Shown here: piece by piece, positions 7,790-15,077 of the stretch
Layout of the letters: every line of letters starts with the position of its first letter
Position numbering within the stretch: the first letter of the stretch is position 1
IMG/VR virus record: IMGVR_UViG_3300029930_000001
Location: 1 to 64,000 of that record
From: a virus
Lineage: Duplodnaviria; Caudoviricetes
DNA length: 64,000 nucleotides
Direction: 5' to 3' (one strand)
Program-made: the position numbers and the translations under genes
The notes under the pieces: generated by a model
What the model saw: only the letters and a program-made list of their open reading frames with translations
The model's database searches: none
Told to the model about the DNA's origin: nothing

Positions 7790-8929
7790 ATGGCCTCCGC
7801 TCTGCTGGCTCCTCCCTCTCCCCTTGCCTTCCCTCGCTCCCCTCGCCTCCCTCAGGAGCTCCGCTCCTTCCTTCAAAGATTCGGCCTCTCCGTAGATTCC
7901 CTCCTCACCTCTGGCTCCTCCAACGCGAAGCTCGCTAAGGGGAGCGGCCTCGCCTTCTCTGCTCTCCTCCACCTCCTCCCCTCTCGCTCCCTCGCTCGTG
8001 CTCTCTCCCCTTCCCTCCCTGGCTCCGTTGCCGTAAGGGGAGAGCTTCCCGGTCTTCGCGAGCTCGCCGATAGAGAAGGCCTCACCGCTCGCGCTCTCTT
8101 GTTTGACGCCTGCCCTTTCAAAACCGCATCCTGCGAAGATCTCTGCCTCGCCTTCTCTGGCCATGGGGGGCTCTCCCTTAGTGTCGGCCTCTGCCGCGCT
8201 CGCCGCTCTCTGGCTCTCCTCTCTGATCGTGACGCCTTCCTCCGCTCTCTCCTATGGGCTGCTGGCCTCTCCTATCGCAAGGCGCGCCGCCTCGGCCTCC
8301 CCTTCGCTCTCCGACTGAATGGAACGCAAGAGCTCCCATGGCACGATGGCTCCCTCTCTGCCTTCCTCTCTTCCGAGGAGGCCGCTGCTCTCTCCTCTCT
8401 GTTCGGCGCTCCCATCCCCTCCGGATTCCTCACGATTCCCGAGGCTCTCGCCTCTGTTCCCTTCCTCTCCCTTTATGACTACGCCAAAGCTCCTCTTCAT
8501 GGCAGAGCTGGCCTCCTAGCGATGCGACAGGCAGGCATCCACACCACCGCCTCCTTCGCGGCTGATCAGCCAAACGGCTCCGTTCGCGCTCTCGATGCGA
8601 TCGAGAGCGGCTTCTCTCTCGCTGTGCCCATCCTCCTCCCCAAAGGGGCTCCCCTTCCTGTCTCCCTCTTCATGCGAGACAGCCGCGGTCGCGAGGCTCT
8701 CCTCCAATGCATCGACGGAGACCTTAACGATCTCAGGATGCTCGATCCTTCCCCCTCCCCCGGATTCTCAGGCCTCGTCGTGCTCCTCCGTCTCAAGCGA
8801 TCGAGAGGAGCCAAGCCAGAGAGCGCCGCTCGCTTCGCTCTCGCTCGCTCCGTCTCTCCTTCCTTCCTCCCTCTGGCAGGAGGCGGCTCCTATCGCTTCT
8901 CTCGCGCTGACCTCCCTTCCTTCGCTTGA
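7790..8929 (+). CDS. GP88-like phage protein (Cys-triad, possible Fe-S)
   Basis: LLT...NAKLAK, CPFKTASCEDLC, RLNGTQELPW, LYDYAK, DGDLNDLR.LDP motifs survive in an L/S/A/P/R-biased sequence. Confidence 0.7.
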   Translation: MASALLAPPSPLAFPRSPRLPQELRSFLQRFGLSVDSLLTSGSSNAKLAKGSGLAFSALLHLLPSRSLARALSPSLPGSVAVRGELPGLRELADREGLTARALLFDACPFKTASCEDLCLAFSGHGGLSLSVGLCRARRSLALLSDRDAFLRSLLWAAGLSYRKARRLGLPFALRLNGTQELPWHDGSLSAFLSSEEAAALSSLFGAPIPSGFLTIPEALASVPFLSLYDYAKAPLHGRAGLLAMRQAGIHTTASFAADQPNGSVRALDAIESGFSLAVPILLPKGAPLPVSLFMRDSRGREALLQCIDGDLNDLRMLDPSPSPGFSGLVVLLRLKRSRGAKPESAARFALARSVSPSFLPLAGGGSYRFSRADLPSFA

Positions 8930-8932
8930 GCG

Positions 8933-9154
8933 ATGCTCCCACGCCTCCTCCCCCTCTCCTCTCGCTCCTTCCTCCTCCTCCTCTCCTCCGCTCCCCCTAA
9001 CCTCCCCTTCCTCCTCTCCTTCTCCTCCTGGCACACTAGGGAGAGCGGCTGGCTCTCCCTCCTCTCCCTTCGCCTTCCCTTCCTCTGGCTCCTCCTCCTT
9101 CGCTCTCGCTCCTCCCATGATCGCCTCCGCTCCCTCTCCCTCCCCCTCCCCTAA
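8933..9154 (+). CDS. low-complexity hydrophobic ORF
   Basis: ATG 3 nt after the GP88-like stop; could be a by-product of composition. Confidence 0.35.
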   Translation: MLPRLLPLSSRSFLLLLSSAPPNLPFLLSFSSWHTRESGWLSLLSLRLPFLWLLLLRSRSSHDRLRSLSLPLP

Positions 9155-9350
9155 CCCGCCTCTCTTCATCCTCTCCTACTCTGAACGTCTCGCCTCCTAC
9201 TACACAGCCGCGTCCTTTGATTCTCTAGAGGATGCGCAATACGCTCTCGATCGCCTCCGCGATGCAGAGGAAGATTGCTCCTCTCTCTCCCTCCGTGACG
9301 CCATCGCCGAACTAGAGGAACAGATCAGCGCTCACCTAGCCTCCCTCTAG
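9117..9350 (+). CDS. small acidic helical protein (77 aa)
   Basis: Internal ATG of track ORF 8595-9350; C-terminal part has 13 D/E versus 4 R. Confidence 0.55.
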   Translation: MIASAPSPSPSPNPPLFILSYSERLASYYTAASFDSLEDAQYALDRLRDAEEDCSSLSLRDAIAELEEQISAHLASL

Positions 9351-9398
9351 CCTCCCTCTAGCCTTCCCCTAGCCTCCTTCCCATAGCCTCCCTAGCCC
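9337..9398 (+). repeat. TAGCC(T)CC tandem array
   Basis: Six TAGCC units starting at 9337, 9348, 9359, 9370, 9384, 9393 (mostly 11-bp period). Confidence 0.85.
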
Positions 9399-9424
9399 GC
9401 CTCCTGAGCTCTCAGGATGGCGGG
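9396..9424 (+). terminator. strong GC hairpin ending the tract operon
   Basis: CCCGCC-TCCTGAG-CT-CTCAGGA-T-GGCGGG; no clear U-tract. Confidence 0.45.
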
Positions 9425-9502
9425 TCTCTCGCTGTGTGCTCCCATACTGGCGACAGGCTATCGGCTGAGAAGAGAGAATAACAACAATATATGCGGAGAC
9501 AC

Positions 9503-9530
9503 AAAAAAAAGGCCCCAATTGGAGCCCTTT
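9503..9530 (-). terminator. intrinsic terminator (minus strand)
   Basis: Minus strand reads AAAGGGCTCCAATTGGGGCC-T8. Confidence 0.65.
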
Positions 9531-9538
9531 CGTGTTAA

Positions 9539-9691
9539 TCAATTGCAGTCAATCTCCTGTTCGATTCTCTCCATATCTCGCGCAATCTGTTTCAGATTGT
9601 CGAGAGTTTGGTGGAGATCTTTCAGAGATTGCTCATCTCTGCGGCGCATCTCTTCGATGCGAGCAGCGAACAGATCTGCGATCATTCCCAT
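9539..9691 (-). CDS. 50 aa coiled-coil protein with its own promoter and terminator
   Basis: Translated by hand: MGMIADLFAARIEEMRRRDEQSLKDLHQTLDNLKQIARDMERIEQEIDCN. Confidence 0.65.
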   Translation of the reverse strand: MGMIADLFAARIEEMRRRDEQSLKDLHQTLDNLKQIARDMERIEQEIDCN

Positions 9692-9734
9692 GATTCAGTT
9701 AGCAAGGTGCGCGCGGGATCGCTCCCACGTGACT

Positions 9735-9786
9735 GTACTATAGGCGATAGTACGCCCGATGGCAAGCGATTGTCACACTTTGTAAC
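9735..9786 (-). promoter_or_regulatory. sigma70 promoter with RpaB/HLR1-like box and operator palindrome
   Basis: Minus strand TTGCCA(9765-9760)-17 bp-TATAGT(9742-9737); GTTACAAA-GT-GTGACAAT at 9786-9769; GTACTAT-AGGCG-ATAGTAC at 9735-9753. Confidence 0.7.
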
Positions 9787-9831
9787 ATAAGCCTTACCTA
9801 TCAATCGCGCCAGTCCCATAGGCGCAGGTGA

Positions 9832-9872
9832 TGGTACAAACGTACCAGGGAGCAGTAGTACGGCCGTACTAC
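9832..9872. repeat. two GTAC-N4-GTAC palindromic boxes
   Basis: TGGTACAAACGTACCA (9832-9847) and the perfect 18-bp palindrome GTAGTACGGCCGTACTAC (9855-9872). Confidence 0.85.
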
Positions 9873-9950
9873 CGGGGTGGGGCGGGCATACCCCTTCAAA
9901 ATGTGGCGTTAAAAATGACCTACTTTTTTGCTTTAGTATTTATACCTAGT

Positions 9951-10436
9951 TTAAAAATCCAAGCTATTAACGATGGCTTCTCCCACGGCTTTTGTTACTA
10001 GTTTTAGTTCTTCGTGAGATGCATCGCTTTTGATTTGATTAGCGCGATAGCTAATTATCCATACATTTCCCTTGACGTAGCCACGTTCGGGAACAATGCG
10101 ATCCAGTGATGGGCTATTGGGCATGTGTCCATTGTGTCGTTGTAGTGACCATTCAAGCGGCATGCCAAGAACTGGACAGTGAGAAGGAGCAATAGAGCGA
10201 AGGTATTCACTGTCAATGTCAAATGGAAGATCTTTAGTTTTCGCTCTAGACCTGGCATTTGTAATCATGTTAGCCGTTTGCTGCGACAATGGATTTTGTT
10301 GTCGATATTTTTTTTCTAATTTTCTTCGACATATTTTGCATTGAGATTTAAGCCCATCTTTACTAGAAGAATCTTTATAAAACAACTTCGTTGAGAGCAG
10401 TTGCTTGCAAAGGCAACATTGTTTTTGAGAAGGCAA
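9951..10436 (-). CDS. free-standing HNH-type endonuclease with N-terminal Zn finger
   Basis: CxxC...CxxC; CPVLG, SPSLDRI..ERGYVKGNVWIIS..AN; AT-richer than its flanks. Confidence 0.8.
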   Translation of the reverse strand: MPSQKQCCLCKQLLSTKLFYKDSSSKDGLKSQCKICRRKLEKKYRQQNPLSQQTANMITNARSRAKTKDLPFDIDSEYLRSIAPSHCPVLGMPLEWSLQRHNGHMPNSPSLDRIVPERGYVKGNVWIISYRANQIKSDASHEELKLVTKAVGEAIVNSLDF

Positions 10437-10555
10437 TGCGGAGGGCTAGTAGCTGAGCGCATATTAACAAGCCAATGTCTACATGCCGAAAGCAAGTCCG
10501 TAGGACGCAGCTTGAGGCATCTCCTAGACCTTCTCAGACGATCATCTAGACCAAT

Positions 10556-10902
10556 GGAGCCCCCCGAAAGGGGCGGAATGGAGCACTAAAAAAACGAAAC
10601 AAGACCATTGAGACATCGCCTTTCCATCGTTTACTTTCCAGCCAGAAAGCGGCCCTAAAGGCCGCTGATCAAGATAAAAAGATGGAGATCGCCTATTTTC
10701 AGCCTGTTCCCGCAGATGAGCATACTATGGGCGACTCTTTACATGGGATCAGAGTCAGCCCTGGACCAGCTTTTGTTTGTGCTGGCTTTTTTGTTTTTCG
10801 CCGCTTGTAGGAATGCTCCGCCCTTTGGGGGCTCCGCTTGTCTAGAGCATCGCGGCTAGTCCAGCTTTTTTGTCTTGTAGACGTTCCGCCCTTTGGGGCG
10901 TC
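10556..10902. repeat. repeated CCGCCC-TTT(C)-GGGGC hairpin elements (candidate origin)
   Basis: Copies at 10556-10577 (inverted), 10817-10835, 10885-10902, plus AGCGGCCCTAAAGGCCGCT hairpin near 10649. Confidence 0.55.
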
Positions 10903-11078
10903 TCTTGTCCAGAGTGTACTGGCAGTAGGAACGTCGTCTAGACAGAGCTGGACGGAAAGCTGCATCTAGCCAATGCCAGACAGCAGCTTCGCTACGTCTA
11001 TCGTAACAGACGCTGTGGGGAGTTGTTTTGTCCCTGTTGTCCCGATGCTGGTATAGTAAGGCTTTTCAAGGGGCAAGC

Positions 11079-11774
11079 ATGGTGCAGGAGAAGCCGAAAA
11101 AGCGCAAAACGACGGGATGGGTGTATGTGGTGCAATGGTCGTCAATGCCATGGCACGTGAAAATTGGCTTTTCCAAATCGCTGAAGGATCGTTTTGCATC
11201 GTTCCTTACGGCCTCTCCAGACACGCTGGTGGTTGTAAAGGCTTTTGAAGCGGACCAGGAAGACGAAGCAGATCTTCACGGACGCTTCCAAGCCAGTCGA
11301 GATGTGGGCGAATGGTTTCGCCTTTCTCCATCGTTAAAAACCTTTTTAGAAAGCGAAGCGCCTTGTCAAACGCTGGAAGCGAAGGTGAAATTTGGGAGAG
11401 GGTATGAGGATCGCATTAAATGGCTGCCAATGCGACCACGGCTAGAGGAGGTGCTACAAGAGCTGCATCAAGAAAAGCGTTTGCCTCGTTTCGTGAGGAA
11501 TGCACGTATTTACGTGTTGTGGGCTTTGAATGATTTAGAGCTTTGTGATTATTTTGCCACTTCCAATGCCATCATTCATCATGAAGCCAATCGCAATGCT
11601 TATCAAGCAAAAACGATTTACAACCAATTGATAGCATTAGAGGAGGAGGGTCTTATCGAGAAGAACCAAGGGAAAGTATTTGCTTTGCTTCCGAAAGGTT
11701 TTGAAGAACTTGGCAAAGCGGAAGATGAGCACGCGGCAAAACGGAAAAGCGCAAGAAGCTTAAGACTTGGTTAA
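11079..11774 (+). CDS. GIY-YIG (T5orf172/MUG113-like) nuclease domain plus C-terminal winged helix
   Basis: GWVYVV...VKIGFS...R...L.TASP...E..LH.RF......GEWF; C-terminal IYNQLIALEEEGLIE; extended -10 TGGTATAGT upstream. Confidence 0.75.
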   Translation: MVQEKPKKRKTTGWVYVVQWSSMPWHVKIGFSKSLKDRFASFLTASPDTLVVVKAFEADQEDEADLHGRFQASRDVGEWFRLSPSLKTFLESEAPCQTLEAKVKFGRGYEDRIKWLPMRPRLEEVLQELHQEKRLPRFVRNARIYVLWALNDLELCDYFATSNAIIHHEANRNAYQAKTIYNQLIALEEEGLIEKNQGKVFALLPKGFEELGKAEDEHAAKRKSARSLRLG

Positions 11775-11849
11775 AAAGAAGAATTGTATTAAAGGCTTCT
11801 TGCAGATGGTTGAATAGTGACTAGCGTATATTGATTCTGCAAAATAACT

Positions 11850-12041
11850 ATGTGGGGATTGCCAGAACGTCAGCCATTTAATATTGGCCCCTACAAGATG
11901 TGGCCTTGCTATAGCAAGCCTGAGTTTCAATGGTTTGCGGCAATCAATGGCAGCCCCCACTATTTCAAAAGCACGAACGATGCCAAGCTTTTTGTGCGCG
12001 ACCTTTTAGCGGAGCATGACGAGGAAGGGCTCTGTGATTAA
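11850..12041 (+). CDS. hypothetical protein
   Basis: 63 aa ORF. Confidence 0.6.
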   Translation: MWGLPERQPFNIGPYKMWPCYSKPEFQWFAAINGSPHYFKSTNDAKLFVRDLLAEHDEEGLCD

Positions 12042-12126
12042 GGAAAATTTCCGCTTCTCCATTGCTCTATTGCGCTAGTCTTCCTTTTGTTAATCGCGGG
12101 GGACCATGGTCCCCTTTTGTTGTCTT

Positions 12127-13557
12127 ATGAAGCTGAAGGAAAAGGCAAAATGTGAGCCGATTGCTCGGACGGGGCGCGTGCAAGATTGGCTTGATGATCC
12201 TGAAAGCAGGCTTGCTGTTAGCTGCACCACGTTTGTAGTGGACGATTCAATGGAAGGGCCGGACGGCATTGAAGCCTCGTGGCGCTTTGTGAGTCATGCT
12301 CTTCGTAATGCCGCTGGCGCTGCAGTGCATCTTTCCGAGCTGCGTCCCAAAGGCGAAGATAATGGCAAAGGGCTGATTGCTAGCGGGCCAGTAAGTTTTG
12401 CAAAGATTTACAGCAAGCTCAACGAAATTCTTCGTCGCGGCGGAAAATTTCGCAATGGTGCAGTTACTTTGCATTTGGACTACACGCATCCCGATGCCAT
12501 CGAATTTGTTTCTACTTCCCGCAGCGAACTTCCTTGGGCCAAGCGTTGCTTGAACGTCGATAGTAATTTTCTTTCTGCATCGTCTCCTGAGCTGATCAAT
12601 GCCTGTCTTCGTGCCATCTCTTCTGGCGATCTCTGGCTCAACAAAATCCGCTATGACCACAATGGGAAGCGGCTGCGACCAAACGTTTGCCTTGAGGTAT
12701 ACCTTCCGCATCGCGGCACTTGTCTTTTGCAGCACGTTAATTTGGGCGCATGTTCGTTGGACATGGTTGAAGGAGCGTTTATTGAAGGCATGAGCCAATT
12801 ATGCGAGCTCCATCCCAATACGGGCGTGGGCGACACTGGTGAATATCTTCCTCCTTCCATTGACAAGCAAGTTGGCCTGGGTATTCTTGGTCTTGCTAAT
12901 TTTCTGGCCATTCAAGGCGTGAGCTATAAGGATTTCGGCGATGCGCTAGAGGCGTATCTTGAGGAAGACCCTCATCCTTGGTGCCACCATTGGAAGGATA
13001 CCGTGGCCGGAAAAACAGTCCACGCTTTGGACAAAGGCATTCAAAGCGCTGCTGAAATTGCTCTCGCGCATGGAATGGACCGTGCTTTCTGCATTGCTCC
13101 CACTGCGTCGTGCTCCTATCGCTATTTGGATAGTAGTGGCTTTACTGCTGCCCCTGAAATCGCACCCCCCATTGATCGCCTTGTTGATCGCGACAGCGAA
13201 ACCATGGGTGTTGAGCGTTTTGAATATGGGTCGGTAGAAATTGCAGAGGAAGTTGGCTGGAAAGCTTTCCGTAAAGTTGCCGATGGCATTTGCACTCTTT
13301 TCCATCGCACTAGCTTATTCCATGGTTATTCGATGAACTGGTGGAGTGATATGGTTTCTTGTGATGAGGCTTTCATTCAAGAATGGCTTGATAGCCCGCA
13401 AACTTCCATCTATTATGCCCTTCAAGTGCAAGCTGGCACTCAAGCCAAGGACGATGTTGGAGTAGAATTAGGAGAGAGCTTGAGCAGTTTCTTCTCCCTT
13501 GAGGAGAGCGAAAGCTGTTCACTGGATGGGGGCTTTTGCAGTTCTTGCGCTGAGTAG
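12127..13557 (+). CDS. nrdA: ribonucleotide reductase alpha subunit, minimal cyanophage (class O-slash) type
   Basis: SCT, PNVCLEV (N-x-C-x-E), CLLQHVNLG, IAPTASCS, YY motif, C-terminal CSSCAE; about 476 aa with no ATP-cone. Confidence 0.9.
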   Translation: MKLKEKAKCEPIARTGRVQDWLDDPESRLAVSCTTFVVDDSMEGPDGIEASWRFVSHALRNAAGAAVHLSELRPKGEDNGKGLIASGPVSFAKIYSKLNEILRRGGKFRNGAVTLHLDYTHPDAIEFVSTSRSELPWAKRCLNVDSNFLSASSPELINACLRAISSGDLWLNKIRYDHNGKRLRPNVCLEVYLPHRGTCLLQHVNLGACSLDMVEGAFIEGMSQLCELHPNTGVGDTGEYLPPSIDKQVGLGILGLANFLAIQGVSYKDFGDALEAYLEEDPHPWCHHWKDTVAGKTVHALDKGIQSAAEIALAHGMDRAFCIAPTASCSYRYLDSSGFTAAPEIAPPIDRLVDRDSETMGVERFEYGSVEIAEEVGWKAFRKVADGICTLFHRTSLFHGYSMNWWSDMVSCDEAFIQEWLDSPQTSIYYALQVQAGTQAKDDVGVELGESLSSFFSLEESESCSLDGGFCSSCAE

Positions 13558-13572
13558 TCCCGATTGATTAAC

Positions 13573-13596
13573 GGGCAGCTTTCGCTGCCCTTTGTT
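13573..13596 (+). terminator. intrinsic terminator-like hairpin
   Basis: GGGCAGC-TTTC-GCTGCCC-TTTG. Confidence 0.6.
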
Positions 13597-13625
13597 GTCT
13601 CTTTTTACCATCGTTTGTAATCAAA

Positions 13626-14351
13626 ATGGCAGTTCAAGATTATTTTTCGGCAGTTGCTCGTAAGCGTCCTTGGCAGGCAGTGCCTGTTACCAAGGGGGAG
13701 TTTGTCAATGGCTCGGAAGAGACCATTTTCCGTGCATTGGCGATTCGTCATCTTGAGCTTCCCGTCAAGGACATGTTGTTAGAGGGGCTTGAGCGTGAGC
13801 TTCCCGATTCTCCTGGTCTTGTTGAAAGCATCTATAGCAACATCAAGGATGAAGAGCGTCATGATGAGGCCTTGAATTACGTTGCCGTTGCTCATGGCGT
13901 AGATGAGAAGGCAGAAAAGGAAGCTTTGAAGATTCGCAAAGCTTGGGCCGAGCATCCTGCTCACCCTATTGCAAAAGTGGCCGTGCTTGAGCGGAGCTTG
14001 TTCTTTACTATTCTTCCTTTTTTCCGCTTCAATGGAGACAAGGGTCTGCGTACTGTGGCGACGGACATTTCTCGCGATGAGATCTGCCATGCTTTTTGTC
14101 ATACAAAAATTTGTGAAGAGGCTGGAGAGAAGTATGGCGAAAGCTTGAACAAACTTCGCAAGATGACTGCGCTTTGGATTTATGACAAGCTTGGTGCATC
14201 GTCCAATAAGTATCTTGATAAAGATTTTTGGCTGCGCCAAAGTGATGCATTATTTATCAACGGCAGGGCTCCTGAGCTCAATGAAACTCGCGCCAGCACA
14301 GTTCCGGCTTTCTTTGAAACGAATGCGCTAAATTTGCCGTCCTATGGTTGA
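13626..14351 (+). CDS. nrdB: ribonucleotide reductase beta subunit (ferritin-like)
   Basis: HLELPV, DEERH, LERS, DEICH di-metal ligand motifs; adjacent to alpha. Confidence 0.85.
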   Translation: MAVQDYFSAVARKRPWQAVPVTKGEFVNGSEETIFRALAIRHLELPVKDMLLEGLERELPDSPGLVESIYSNIKDEERHDEALNYVAVAHGVDEKAEKEALKIRKAWAEHPAHPIAKVAVLERSLFFTILPFFRFNGDKGLRTVATDISRDEICHAFCHTKICEEAGEKYGESLNKLRKMTALWIYDKLGASSNKYLDKDFWLRQSDALFINGRAPELNETRASTVPAFFETNALNLPSYG

Positions 14352-14408
14352 GTAGGCTTTTCCGACTTATCTATGCTACGATAGCGGGGCAATGTCTCCG
14401 CTATTTTT

Positions 14409-15077
14409 ATGGAAGAAATCTGGAAGCCCATTCCAGGGTATGAAGCATGCTACGAAGCATCAAGTATTGGGCGCGTTCGCTCGCGCAGAAGGGTCGTGAT
14501 TGACGTTAAGGAAGGCAGGCAGCGCAAGCGTGTTTTCAAGGAGCGCATTCTTTCGCCCAATATATCGGCAAAGCATGGACGCCCCTCTGTGATGCTATCT
14601 GTCCAGGGGCAAACAAAGCGCATTCTTGTCGCGCGATTGGTTTGCCTTGCTTTCCATGGACTACCGCCAGAAGGAAAAACCAATGTTTTACATTATGACG
14701 ACAATAGCGATAATAATGTGCCTGAGAATTTGCGATGGGGAACGCTTAAAGAAAACGCCGCAGACATGCGTCGCAACCTCGGTTATTGGCCTGCCTATAT
14801 CGATGGTCGTTCATTGCGGCCACGAAAGCCACTGGGGGATCCCCTTATGAACGAAGCACAAGTGAGAGTGCTCCGTCGACTCCCTGACATGCGCCATCTT
14901 AGGGGAATTAGGACTGACTTGGCTAATGCTTGGGGAGTAAAGCCTACTAGCATTACAAGTGCGAAGAATGGCGGCAAGGGGTGGGAAGAGCTTTCCACCG
15001 AGCCACTTTGGGATATGGCAGAGCGGCTCTCGGGCAAGTTTATTGGGAGGGAAAGGCCCAAAAGGAAAGCTTGCTAA
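14409..15077 (+). CDS. NUMOD4-HNH homing endonuclease
   Basis: EIWKPIPGYE..YE.SS.GRVRS (NUMOD4); V.RLV..AF.G, LH.DD...NN...NLRWGT..EN..D (HNH). Confidence 0.9.
   Translation: MEEIWKPIPGYEACYEASSIGRVRSRRRVVIDVKEGRQRKRVFKERILSPNISAKHGRPSVMLSVQGQTKRILVARLVCLAFHGLPPEGKTNVLHYDDNSDNNVPENLRWGTLKENAADMRRNLGYWPAYIDGRSLRPRKPLGDPLMNEAQVRVLRRLPDMRHLRGIRTDLANAWGVKPTSITSAKNGGKGWEELSTEPLWDMAERLSGKFIGRERPKRKAC

Noticed and set aside
6616-9169. Long minus-strand E/G/R/A-rich ORFs in the track (6616-7149, 7010-7528, 7556-8164, 8768-9169 and others)
   Set aside because: Shadow frames: the purine-rich minus strand rarely forms stop codons. Promoters, gene coupling and conserved motifs are all on +.
6516-9430. 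Pyrimidine tract as a sequencing or assembly artefact, or a microsatellite
   Set aside because: It contains intact coupled ORFs (TGATG overlaps), paralogous promoter modules and recognisable protein motifs. Read support should still be checked.
9873-9895. G-quadruplex at GGGGTGGGGCGGG
   Set aside because: Only three G-runs; better explained as a GGGGT/ACCCC hairpin.
12127-13557. Class II (NrdJ, B12-dependent) RNR
   Set aside because: A ferritin-like beta subunit with di-metal ligands is adjacent, and alpha keeps the YY radical-transfer pair.
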